Assembly: GCA_002269645.1 (NCBI GenBank)
Contig: NIVC01000290.1
Span: 84,178 to 148,177, forward strand
Source: Macrostomum lignano
Taxonomy: Eukaryota
Direction of reading: 5' to 3'
DNA: 64,000 nucleotides
The notes under the pieces are model-generated. The model was not told the DNA's origin. It made no database searches and was given only the letters and a program-made list of their open reading frames with translations. Position numbers and translations under genes: made by a program. Positions 10,306 through 30,611 of this stretch are shown here, piece by piece (positions within the stretch are counted from its first letter, which is position 1; each line of letters starts with the position of its first letter).

Positions 10306-13300
10306 ATGCACAATAGCATAAGCACTGTTGCATCGAATCTCCAGGCTGCAGTTTCGTCGGCAGTTCGAATCTGCCGCGGCGGCTGCCACCAGCAGAGACT
10401 CCCGGCTCTGCTGTTCAGCCGGGCCGCCGCCTCAGCAGCTGCCGACCTTCCAGCCGCTGCGCAGGCGGACAAGTCGGTCGAGAAGGCGCGCAGCCTGTGG
10501 CAGAAGCTCTCCTACCTGCGCCCGGACTCGCCGCCCGATGCCCGCCTGCTGCGCGTGGCCGTGCTGGGCCCCACCGGCGTGGGCAAGAGCTCGTTGGTCA
10601 ACATGCTGTCCTGCTACAGGTCCTGCGCCGTGTCCCAGCGGATCAACACCACCCGCTCCAAGCAGGCCGTCATCAGCACCCGGGGCAACTCACAGCTGGT
10701 TTTCCTGGACCTGCCGGGGCTGCTCAGCGAACAGAGGCGAAAGCGCTTCAACCTGGAGAACTACATCATGCGGGATGTGCACTCCACCGTGTTTCAGGTG
10801 GGACCTGCTGATGAACACCTGCCTCGTTTCATTAGCTCTCAGTACCAGTGCTTGTCTACAACTGCCATCTTACTGCGCCTCTTCTCCCCCACTCCCCTCT
10901 TCTCCCCGCTCCCCTCTTCTCCCCGCTCCCCTCTTCTCCCCGCTCCCCTATTCTCACCCGCTCCTCTCTTCTCCCCCACTCCCCTCTTCTCACCCGCTCC
11001 TCTCTTCTCCCCCGCTTCCCTCTTCTCCCCCGCTCCTCTCTTCTCCCCCACTCCCCTCTTCTCACCCGCTCCTCTCTTCTCCCCCGCTCCCCTCTTCTCC
11101 CCCGCTCTCCTCTTCTGCCCCGCTCCCCTCTTCTCCCCCACTCTCCTCTTCTCCCCCGCTCCTCTCTTCTCCCCAGCTCCCCTATTCTCACCCGCTCCTC
11201 TCTTCTCCCCCGCTCCCCTATTCTCACCCGCTCCTCTCTTCTCCCCCACTCCCCTCTTCTCACCCGCTCCTCTCTTCTCCCCCACTCCCCTCTTCTCACC
11301 CGCTCCTCTCTTCTCCCCCGCTCCCCTCTTCTCCCCGCTCCCCTCTTCTCCCCCGCTCCCCTCTTCTCCCCCACTCCCCTCTTCTCCCCCGCTCCCCTAT
11401 TCTCACCCGCTCCTCTCTTCTCCCCCGCTCCCCTATTCTCACCCGCTCCTCTCTTCTCCCCCACTCCCCTCTTCTCACCCGCTCCTCTCTTCTCCCCGCT
11501 CCCCTCTTCTCCCCCGCTCCCCTCTTCTCCCCCGCTCCTCTCTTCTCCCCCACTCCCCTCTTCTCACCCGCTCCTCTCTTCTCCCCGCTCCCCTCTTCTC
11601 CCCGCTCCCCTCTTCTCCCCCGCTCCCCTATTCTCACCCGCTCCTCTCTTCTCCCCCACTCCCCTCTTCTCACCCGCTCCTCTCTTCTCCCCGCTCCCTC
11701 TTCTCCCCCGCTCCTCTCTTCTCCCCCGCTCCCCTCTTCTCCCCCGCTCCCCTCTTCTCCCCCACTCCCCTCTTCTCCCCCGCTCCTCTCTTCTCCCCGC
11801 TCCCCTCTTCTCCCCCGCTCCCCTCTTCTCCCCCACTCTCCTCTTCTCCCCCGCTCCTCTCTTCTCCCCCGCTCCCCTATTTTCACCCGCTCCTCTCTTC
11901 TCCCCCGCTCCTCTCTTCTCCCCCGCTCCTCTCTTCTCCCCCGCTCCTCTCTTCTCCCCCGCTCCTCTCTTCTCCCCCGCTCCCCTCTTCTCCCCCGCTC
12001 CTCTCCCCTCCTCTCCGCTCCTCTTCTCCGCCTCTCTCAGCCTCATATCCTTGTCTCTGCCTTACGATAAGCAATCTGGTGATGCATCACGTGCCAGTTT
12101 GTGACCTGCTGCCGCCACTTGCCCGCAGGCCGACCTCATCCTGGTGATGGCCGACGTCTCCCACAAGCCGTCGCGCAGCCGCCTGGACCCGGAGGTGCTG
12201 AAGGCGCTGCATTACTTTGCCGACAAGCCGTCTGTGCTGGTGCTGAACAAGGTGGACCTCCTGCGCGGCAGCCGGGTGCGCCTGCTGGACACGGTCCGCT
12301 GCCTCACCGACGGTGTGGTGGCCGGCCGGGTGAGCCACGTGGACAAGTACGCCGGCCGCATCGAGGCCATCGACCGGGCCGTCCGCGAGCTGCAGGCGCT
12401 GGAGGGCCGCGCTGAGGTTGGTTGGTGATGATCCTGGCTGACTGGGGGCATCGAACCCGGGACGTTGGTTACTGTACTCGTTACACATTCCCGACCAAAG
12501 CTATCGATTGCTGGAATCGAACCCAGGACCTTTGGCTTATATATATGTTACGGACCAAGACCATTGTTGGAACCGAATCCGGGAACGTGACTAATAAATA
12601 CTCGTACACGTTATAGATCCTAGGAATCGAACCCTGGACCTTCCACAATCGGTTGACCCTGTGGAACCCTCTTCACCCGTTGAATTTTCCGCCCAGGCCG
12701 CAGACGAGGCCGCCCTCACGGACGGCAGCGACTGGCACGGCCGCTGGGACCCGAGCTGGGAGCGGTACCTGGTGCCCCCTGTGGAGCGGCTGCAGCGGCA
12801 CCTGTTGCCTCCGCCCGACGTTCTCATGTGGGGCCCCAACCCGCCCGCGCCGACTCCGCTGCTGCTTGAGGAGAACCGGCGAGTCGCACTGCTGGACGAC
12901 GAAGCGGACGAGCAACGGCTGCTGACGGCTGTGCCCGACGGCGGTGAGGGGGCGACTGAGAACGAAGGTGAGTGAGCTCGGTGTCCTGAGACTGTCATAT
13001 CCCCCACTGTCCCTGTGACTTCCATTGTCCCTGATTAGCATGTGACCTCCATTGTCCCTGATTAGCTTGTGACCTCCATTGTCCCTGATTAGCCTGTGAC
13101 CTCCATTGTCCCTGATTAGCCTGTGACCTCCATTGTCCCTGATTAGCCTGTGACCTCCATTGTCCCTGATTAGCCTGTGACCTCCATTGTCCCTGATTAG
13201 CCTGTGACCTCCATTGTCCCTGATTAGCCTGTGACCTCCATTGTCCCTGATTAGCTTGTGACCTCCATTGTCCCTGATTAGCCTGTGATCTCCATTGTCC

Positions 13301-13660
13301 CTGATTAGCCTGTGACCTCCATTGTCCCTGATTAGCCTGTGATCTCCATTTCCCTTCTCCCAATTCATTTCGATCTCTTTATCCCTTCATTCACAGACGA
13401 CGACCCGCTGCCCGCCAGCCTGGCCGAGGCCGACGACCGTAGCGCATTGGCCAGCGGGGGGCGGCCGCCCAGCCTCTCGCAGCTGGACCCGTTCGCCCTT
13501 TGGCTGCGCGAGCAAATGCTGCTTGGCGCCGTCACCAAAGAGGAGGCCCTGGCGCGCCGGCGACGCTGGCGCGAAATTGGCTGCCTGATTCAGGGCCAGG
13601 CCACGTGGCGCGGCTTCCAGGTGAGACCCGGTTGCTGGGGGAATACTGTCTATCTGTCTA

Positions 13661-13757
<97 letters not shown>

Positions 13758-14275
13758 GTTTCTGTCTCCATCTGCCTACCCATCCACCCCATCCGCAGGA
13801 GGTGTTCATGGTGTCGGCCGCCACGGGCCACGGAGTGGACCGGCTCCGGGATTACCTATTCTCCATCGCGCTGCCCCGGCCGTGGCTTTTCCACAGCTCC
13901 TGCCTGTCGGACATGGAGCCGCTGGACCTGGTCCGCATGTGCATCTGGGCCCGCTGCCTGGACCTGCTTCCCCAGGAGGTGCCGTACCGCCTGGGCTTCG
14001 AACTGCTGGACCTGGACCGCTCCCGCGACGGCCGTTTGTTCATCAGCGCGCGCATCCGCTGCCCCTCGCTGCGCGCCCTCGCCTGCGTGATCGGGCAGGA
14101 CGGCGCCAACATCCGCGAGATCGCCACCAGGTCCAAGGAAGAGCTGCAGGACGTCTTCAAGTCTGGAGTGGTGCTGAAGCTCTCGGCTGTGCGGTCCACC
14201 GTGCCGGGCGGACACCTCAAGCTGATGAAGCAGGCCGAGTCCTTTGCCCAGCTGCTGCCCGACGTGTCCCACTGA
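10306..14275 (+). CDS. ERAL1: Mitochondrial Era-like GTPase; exons 10306-10797, 12129-12416, 12697-12967, 13397-13620, 13799-14275 (583 aa)
   Basis: G1 GPTGVGKS, G2 VSQRINTTR, G3 DLPG, G4 NKVD and G5 EVFMVSA. C-terminal KH domain (LPQEVPY, VIGQDGANI). Intron phases 0,0,1,0 join in frame, total 1752 nt. Confidence 0.92.
10876..12045. repeat. CT-rich minisatellite (CTCCCCTCTTCTCCCCCG-like) filling ERAL1 intron 1
   Basis: About 1.2 kb almost free of A/G. It causes the spurious 613- and 580-aa ORF extensions. Confidence 0.9.
13010..13350. repeat. 27-bp tandem repeat (TCCATTGTCCCTGATTAGCCTGTGACC) in ERAL1 intron 3
   Basis: About 12 near-identical copies. Confidence 0.92.
13648..13756. repeat. 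(TCTG)n microsatellite in ERAL1 intron 4
   Basis: Directly visible. Confidence 0.95.
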
Positions 14276-14494
14276 GGACTCGCATTTCACACTGCCTGCG
14301 AGAGTTCTGAGACTGCCTTTATTAGCTGTACAAATACAGACCGGAGCAGGCGGCCACCGCCTTGCCTAAATCTGCCCATAAATGCTGTTCGAATCCCTGT
14401 TTTTTCCTTTGTTACTTTTCTGCAGATTTTTGCGATTTGCAAGTCCTGCGCTTGCTACTCCAAGTAGCAGTTACATGTAGCTAAATTGGTCAGC

Positions 14495-14590
14495 TTCAGT
14501 CAGTCAGTCAGCCAGTCAGTCAGTCAGTCAGTCAGTCAGCCAGTCAGTCAGTCAGTCAGTCAGTCAGTCAGTCAGTCAGTCAGTCAGTCA

Positions 14591-14635
<45 letters not shown>

Positions 14636-14790
14636 CTAGTCAGTCAGTCAGTCAGTCAGTCAGTCAGTCAGTCAGTCAGTCAGTCAGTCAGTCAGTCAGT
14701 CAGTCAGTCAGCTAGTCAGTCAGTCAGTCAGTCAGTCAGCCAGTCAGTCAGTCAGTCAGTCAGTCAGTCAGTCAGTCAGTCAGTCAGTCA
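14495..14790. repeat. (CAGT)n microsatellite
   Basis: About 300 bp, directly visible. Confidence 0.95.
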
Positions 14791-14840
14791 ATTTTTAGTC
14801 AGTGGCCATGTGCCGCTGTGTCAAATCAATCAGTCAATCT

Positions 14841-15045
14841 GCAGCCGGCAAGGATGCAGCAGCCGGCAAGGATGCAGCAGCCGGCAAGGATGCAGCAGCC
14901 GGCAAGGATGCAGCAGCCGGCAAGGATGCAGCAGCCGGCAAGGATGCAGCAGCCGGCAAGGATGCAGCAGCCGGCAAGGATGCAGCAGCCGGCAAGGATG
15001 CAGCAGCCGGCAAGGATGCAGCAGCCGGCAAGGATGCAGCAGCCA
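14841..15045. repeat. 18-bp tandem repeat (GCAGCCGGCAAGGATGCA), about 11 copies
   Basis: Perfect array. Confidence 0.95.
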
Positions 15046-16075
15046 GTCCTGCTCATTCTTGACCCGAGAGCGGGCACACGGATGCTTAGGCAGGCACGCG
15101 CTGCTGCTTCAGTCAGAAAGTGAAATTTGGCCTCGCGAGAATCGAACCCAGGTGCTTTAGCGCGAGGAATCAAACTCGGGGACCGGAGCTGGGAGAAGGG
15201 AGTGATCGAATAGAGAGTTTGAAAAGTCCAGAATAGGAACAGGATCGCAGTGTGGCAACCGCCGTGCATGTCTTCTCTATGCCGACAGGTCTCAGCAAAG
15301 TCTGGCAAGTGCAGCAGTCAGCCAGACTGGCAGATTTCGCTACTGTTCTCTTGCGCAGGCCGGGTCTGCTGCCCCGAATATATCGGCATTCCAACGCCCG
15401 CCTGCGGCTCTGGGCACGATGTGTTCAACCACCTGAGGAGGCCCCGCTCTGGCTTGGCATTTTCCGAATTCGTCAGAACTGCGCACTTCGCTCCGGCCTT
15501 TCCTGCACTGGCACCTGCTGACAGTTTTTGGTCAGTTCTGGGCTGCTTGACTGGCTGCCTTACTGCTGAGAAGTGCAGATTCATAGCATGGAATTCATGC
15601 CTTTCTACTCCACTTTGCTGGTCTCGTCTTTGCCAGGTGCAACTCCTGAATCTCCAGCAATGAATGACTGATGCGCTCAGTTGCAACCAGTGAAGGACTC
15701 CCATGGGCGAATTTTATCTTTTAACTACCATCTCCCTCCCTCCCTTCCACCCCCTCTTCCCTCTCTGCTCTCTCCTCTCCCCTCCATTCTCTCCTTTCTT
15801 TCCAATCTCTTTCCTCTCTACTCCAAAAGAGCCAAAACTCAGTCCGATCTCGAGAGCGGAAAAACAGGCCACCGCCTTTGACTGTGGGGCCCTTGAACCG
15901 TCAGTCAGCCAATCAGACGGGGGGGGGGCAGAACTGAGCGTCTCTCTACGGTATTTGAGTGAAACCCTAGGAATGGCTGAACAGCGCTTGTCCCGACAGC
16001 AGCTGACAGCCCTCTCTGTTGCCAGCCCCGCGCCACCTTGCTTATCGAACCGTCATCTTCAAGGAGTGACGCACA

Positions 16076-24880
<8,805 letters not shown>

Positions 24881-25024
24881 GAGGGGGAGGCTGGGGACTC
24901 AGTTTGATGGCGGAACCAAATGTGTCATTTGCAATTTGCATTATTGGGACTGGCTGTTCTCAACTGGGCCATCCTTGATCGCGCTTTGAGTAGCTTGGAA
25001 GGGCTTGGAAGCTGTCGGATTTTG

Positions 25025-25530
25025 GAGGCTGTAGGATGATGGAGACTGTAGGATGATGGAGACTGTAGGATGATGGAAGCTGTAGGATGATGGAGACTGT
25101 AGGATGATGGAGACTGTAGGATGTTGGAGGCTGTAGGATGATGGAAGCTGTAGGATGTTGGAGGCTGTAGGATGATGGAAGCTGTAGGATGTTGGAGGCT
25201 GTAGGATGATGGAGGCTGTAGGATGATGGAGGCTGTAGGATGATGAAGGCTGTAGGATGATGAAGGCTGTAGGATGATGAAGGCTGTAGGATGATGGAGG
25301 CTGTAGGATGATGAAGGCTGTAGGATGATGGAGGCTGTAGGATGATGGAGGCTGTAGGATGATGGAGACGTAGGATGATGGAGACTGTAGGATGATGGAG
25401 GCTGTAGGATGATGGAGGCTGTAGGATGATGGAGGCTGTAGGATGATGGAGGCTGTAGGATGATGGAGACTGTAGGATGATGGAGACTATAGGATGATGG
25501 AGACTGTAGGATGTTGGAGGCTGTAGGATG
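25025..25530. repeat. 18-bp tandem repeat (GGAGGCTGTAGGATGAT-like)
   Basis: Directly visible downstream of the SLC13 stop. Confidence 0.92.
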
Positions 25531-26028
25531 GGTCAGTCTAAAGTTCTATTAAGTAAACGTTTGTAAAAAAACAAAGCAGTTTGAATTACATGTAACGGTA
25601 TTCATCTGAGAACATCAGACTGACCATTCTAGATCATTATTTTTAGTATATGGATTTCAGCTATTTTAGGCAACTCAAACGGGCCCCAGTCTATGGCATA
25701 AACAGACAGAGCTGATGTATCAGAGGGGCAGTGTTCTTGACCTGAAGGCTTGAGTTGTCCATGCGCTTATAATTAAGATCATGTCGGGGAAAATGCGGGC
25801 AGTGATTTTACTTAACAAAAAAGTTTCTTAAAAAGAAAACAGTTCCAGGAAATTTGGGTGTTCATTTTTTGCTTTTCCCGTTAAGCTCCCATCTTTAAAA
25901 GCACCACAGTCCATTTTCCTGTCGAGGTTTTTATTTTTAACCGCTTTTTCTGTTCCGAAGCTCCACAGTCCGCATGGTTTTCTTTCACTCACGCAGCCTT
26001 GGGCCGGTCACGGACAGCTGAACACTGA

Positions 26029-26125
26029 GGGGCCGCAGCCCAGTGGTCCGGCGCGGCGCTCTGATGTGCCAGAGGCCCAGGCTCGATTCCAAGTGCAGTC
26101 ACATTAAATCGGGGCTAAATTCGGG
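26029..26125 (+). mobile_element. Truncated second copy of the tRNA-derived SINE (head only)
   Basis: GGGGCCGCAGCCCAGTGGTCC..GAGGCCCAGGCTCGATTCCAAGTGCAGTCACATTAAATCGGGGCT aligns to the reverse complement of about 6990-7080. Confidence 0.75.
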
Positions 26126-26161
26126 TGCAGATAACAATTTCAATTGGAGGGGGCCGCAACC

Positions 26162-26207
26162 CATGGACAACTAGAGTAGTTGTCTAGTTGTCCTCTAGTT
26201 GTCCATG
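26162..26207. mobile_element. 46-bp miniature TIR element with 15-bp perfect TIRs and 8-bp TSD
   Basis: CATGGACAACTAGAG...CTCTAGTTGTCCATG flanked by CCGCAACC at 26154-26161 and 26208-26215. Confidence 0.75.
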
Positions 26208-27414
26208 CCGCAACCCTTAGGGGGGGCGCCAATATTTGGTGTCTTGGTTGTCACTACCAGATTGCAACTTTGCAACTGGAGCAAGTGTTGTTTGTCCACA
26301 GATGCTAGAATAACTACTAGATGTCAACTCGCAAAAATGCGCTTATAATCTACTCTTTATCAGCAGCATAATTAGTGTTTTCTGCTTTTGCAATAATGGA
26401 ATAGAAAGATATTAAATTTGTAAGCTGAAGATTGCTGGAAAACTTGAAAAAGCCAAATCAAGTGCGTGTGCATAGCGAGCAAGAGAGAAAAGGGGTTGCG
26501 CCCTAGCCCTCAGCCATATCAGTTTGGGTTGTTTCCTCTTGCCCGCTTGTGTCTGACTTTGGCCTTTACTTACTGCTCTCTCATTGGCTGGGCCAGATTG
26601 GGCCTGCCCCCTAGGCTGAGTTTCGTCCATCTTACTGCCTTCTCCTTACTGCTCTCTCATTGGCTGGGCCAGATTGGGCCTGCCCCATAGGCTGAGTTTC
26701 GTCCGTCTTGCGTTCACTTGTGTACATCAAGTTAATAAATTAAATTTAAGTGACACTGTGCAGACAAACTACTGAAAAAAGAGTAGACGCTCGGCTTTTT
26801 CACAACTTTAATTACGAGGGGCACATCCGGTTATTCTAGTATCTTTGGCTTTGTCCAAGGACGAGCTATAACCTTATTGAGACTTTGAAACCTGATGGAT
26901 GTCACTCGCACAACAAAATTCAACACTTTATAAAAACTTGCCATCTCGCCAATAATGCATGTTGCAGCGACACCGCCAGCTTCCTTCCGCTTCATCTGTC
27001 CTCCGTTTGGCCAGTAGATTTAGCCATTATATTAAAATCGTTTCTTTGAAAATATAATTTATGATCGCCGCCATCTTTCGAGAAGATTTCACCTGTGAAA
27101 TTCGCACTCTGGCTTTCTTGCTTTTTTCCGATTCATGCAGCCGGAATCGCTCTCCATTTCTGAGCAGAGGTGAGTTCTGAGTTGTACTCTGAATTTTACC
27201 TGAGTCAGAGTTCAGCAGTATTGAGCAGGGCTTGAGTAGCTCCAAATATTGGTCTGGGACTTGGGTTGGGAGCACAGCGCTTTAGTTGACGGCAAGGAGG
27301 TCAGGAACCTGACTTGACTTGAAATTAATATTGAGGATAATATGGAGTGCTCTGGGTCGAATCAGGCTGGTGAATTCAGTCTTGTCTCTATCCTCAACCC
27401 TCTATTAGCCTTCC

Positions 27415-28048
27415 CCACTCTATCCGCCATCCTCCTCACTCTATCCGCCATCCTCCTCACTCTATCCGCCATCCTCCTCCCTCCATCCGCCCTCCTCACT
27501 CTATCAGCACTCCTCCTCACTCTATCCGCCATCCTCCTCATTCTATCCGCCATCCTCCTCCCTCCATCCGCCCTCCTCACTCTATCCGCCCTCCTCCCTC
27601 CATCCGCCCTCCTCCTCATTCTATCCGCCATCCTCCTCCCTCCATCCGCCCTCCTCCTCATTCTATCCGCCCTCCTCCTCACTCTCTCCGCCCTCCTCCT
27701 CACTCTCTCCGCCCTCCTCCTCATTCTCTCCGCCCTCCTCCTCACTCTCTCCGCCCTCCTCCTCACTCTCTCCGCCCTCCTCCTCACTCTCCGCCCTCCT
27801 CCCCACTCTCTCCGCCCTCCTCCTCACTCTCTCCGCCCTCCTCCTCACTCTCTCCGCCCTCCTCCTCACTCTCTCCGCCCTCCTCCTCACTCTCTCCGCC
27901 CTCCTCCTCACTCTCTCCGCCCTCCTCCTCACTCTCTCCGCCCTCCTCCTCACTCTCTCCGCCCTCCTCCTCACTCTCTCCGCCCTCCTCCTCACTCTCT
28001 CCGCCCTCCTCCTCACTCTCTCCGCCCTCCTCCTCACTCTCTCCGCCC
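27415..28048. repeat. CCT-rich about 21-bp tandem repeat (CTCTCTCCGCCCTCCTCCTCA)
   Basis: Directly visible. Confidence 0.92.
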
Positions 28049-30174
28049 TTTTCCATACAGTCGCAGTTGTAATATTTTACCTCGATCAAAAGGTCTATGA
28101 ATGCTACTGATAGTAGCCAGCAAAGAGCAGATTTTCAAATCAACTTGTCAGCAAATCCAAGCATTCAAAGTGAAGCCGAGATCGCATTGGCTGGTTGTCA
28201 GAGCTATCAGCAGCCAGTCCGACAGCTGGCATTGGCTCACTGGAGAGGCCCTGCAACGGGCAGAGCTGATAAAGGCTTGTTCAACTGCAGACTGATACGC
28301 GAAGACAGCGGCCCCTCCCTAAGTTTGACAAGCCGGCTGGCGCACTCACGGCTCGTCATAAGAGAGCTTTTAGCCTTGGCAAATAATTTCAGGCATTCTA
28401 TCAATTCTAGCAACCAGCATGAACAGCACTGCAGAGTTTCGGTGAGCTTTGCTTTCACTTATTTTATCGCCTTACATGTAATTCGGGCTTAGTTCTGACT
28501 CAAGATTGCTTGGAGCTGTCAATCATAGCCTCATGCTTGTAAAATACTCATGGCTGCTCAAAGCGAACTCATAAACTGAGCTGAGCAGCTCTTGCGAGTT
28601 GTGATCCCGTGAGTTGTTATCTCCTGCCAAGAGTTGACAACTAGAGATGACCGAAACTTTACTGCAGGAATCCAATTTTAAATTAATACCGGACCAAAGT
28701 CACGTGTGATGGCCTCAGCTTGGCTTCAAGGCTTAGCTGGGTCTTAACCCCCCTAAGACCATGTGGCGCCAGCGAGCACGAGTGGCGTCAGAACATGGGG
28801 CGCGATTGCCAAGACAACAAGTCCTGCGCCTTGCACTTTAAACCTTCGGTGCAGGCAGGTTCAATTAGAGAGAAAGTCTGTGGTGGTCCGGTTTTTCAGT
28901 TTGAGCGCAGTTTTTCCATCAGCTGCATCTGAATGCAGTTCAGTGTTTATGTTAAACAGGCATTGTGAATTCTATACGCTGAACTGAATGAAAAAGGACA
29001 CTGCAGTCTGCAGAAGTCCTCAGTTACACGGCTGCTGTTCTCGGTTCCCCATGGCAGTGCACAGATAGAAACAAATCAATTAAGTTCGCCAAGCAGGTGC
29101 CGCGGTTCCCATAGTAATTATTTGCAGGCGATTGCCAGCAACCACGAGCTAATAAACTGCTGAGCCGGACTCATGCACCTGCGACCCCATGTTTGCCGGC
29201 CGTGACTGCGAGCTCGGGTGCTGATCACGCGGCGAGGCAGAAGAGAGATTTGTCTGCCATAAAACAGCTGCATCTCCGCAGTTCCTGTGACAGTCGAGCA
29301 TGCGCAGCCTCCATGCAGTTTGATTTTCATTTGCTGCCTGAAAGCGGCGCTCTCATGCAGCAGCTGCGAGATCAGCAGAAATGCAAATTCGAATCCGCTA
29401 TCGAGCTGTCACTGGAGAACTGCGCCAGTTTCTTTAGCAGAAGAAACACTTTTGCACAATTCAGCGTCAGGGTGGCCCCCGAGATGAAGGGTCGGTTCTG
29501 GGCCTCGGGCGAGTTGGATTTGACTCCCCCCTCCTCTCCCTGTCCTGCGAAATTTGCATCTTTCACGAGTTTTGTCTCCTGAGTGAAAAATTACTGACTG
29601 CGTCTAGAGAGATAACAATGGTGAGGACGCCCCATGCAGTCCGAGCAGTCCCCAGCTTCCATTTTCTAGAAGTTCCAGCTTCCAGCTTCCAGAATTTTTG
29701 GCTCCCAGCTTCCAGAAGTTCCACCTCCCATTTTCAAAAAGTTCCAGCTTCCAAAATTTTCGGTTTACAGCTTCCAGCTTCCAAATTGCAGTAGAGATGC
29801 GAGCTTTGGTTACTGGCTTCCAACTAGCTTCCCGCCGGCTGCAACCGGCTTCCGGCTTCCAGCTACCAAACATCTGTCAGCTTCCATGCGCAAGAACGAT
29901 TGCTGTAACTGACCCTATATGTAATTTTATTTTAATCTGGACTGCGATATCCAATCTAAAAAATGGCATAAAATTTTGAGCTGGCTTCCCCATTTGGCAC
30001 AGCAGGGTAAGGGAATTATGGGGAAGCTTTTTGGTCCTCTCCGATGCGACACCGCAAATGGCGATGCCGCTGAGTGCCGGCTCGCATATGCGTCATAAAT
30101 TTTACTCGAACCGCATAACGAGCTGTCTGCCCCTGCTCAGAATATTTGGCTGCAAATGAGTAGCCTCAAAGACG

Positions 30175-30582
30175 GCGCCCAACTGGGGAATGGTGGCGCC
30201 AAACTGGAGACAGCAGCGCCAAACTGGGGACAGCGGCGCCAAACTGGGGACAGCGGCGCCAAACTGGGGACAGCGGCGCCAAACCGCGACAGCGGCGCCA
30301 AACTGGGGACAGCGGCGCCAAACTGGGGACAGCGGCGCCAAACTGGGGACAGCGGCGCCAAACTGGGGACAGCGGCGCCAAACCGCGAAAGCGGCGCCAA
30401 ACTGGGGACAGCGGCGCCAACTGGGGACAGCGGCGCCAAACTGGGGATGGTGCCGCCAAACTGGGGAAAGCGGCGCCAAACCGGGGATGGTGGCGCCAAA
30501 CTGGGGATGGTGGCGCCAAACTGGGACAGCGGCGCCAAACTGGGACAGCGGCGCCAAACTGGGACAGCGGCGCCAAACTGCC
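30175..30582. repeat. About 20-bp tandem repeat (GGCGCCAAACTGGGGACAGC) upstream of the GPCR
   Basis: Directly visible. Confidence 0.9.
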
Positions 30583-30611
30583 AAAGCTTTCGATCTCCCT
30601 CCCGCCCGCAG

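Noticed and set aside
10798-12128. 613-, 580- and 418-aa ORFs running through the CT tract
   Set aside because: These are read-through of ERAL1 exon 1 into a stop-free intronic minisatellite. A proper donor (10798) and acceptor (12127-12128) restore the GTPase fold.
26555-26715. About 80-bp direct duplication with CCAAT-like ATTGG boxes
   Set aside because: A simple local duplication with no evidence tying it to a promoter.
29193-29582. 129-aa ORF as a possible first GPCR exon
   Set aside because: No recognisable motif, weak codon bias and no convincing phase-compatible donor.
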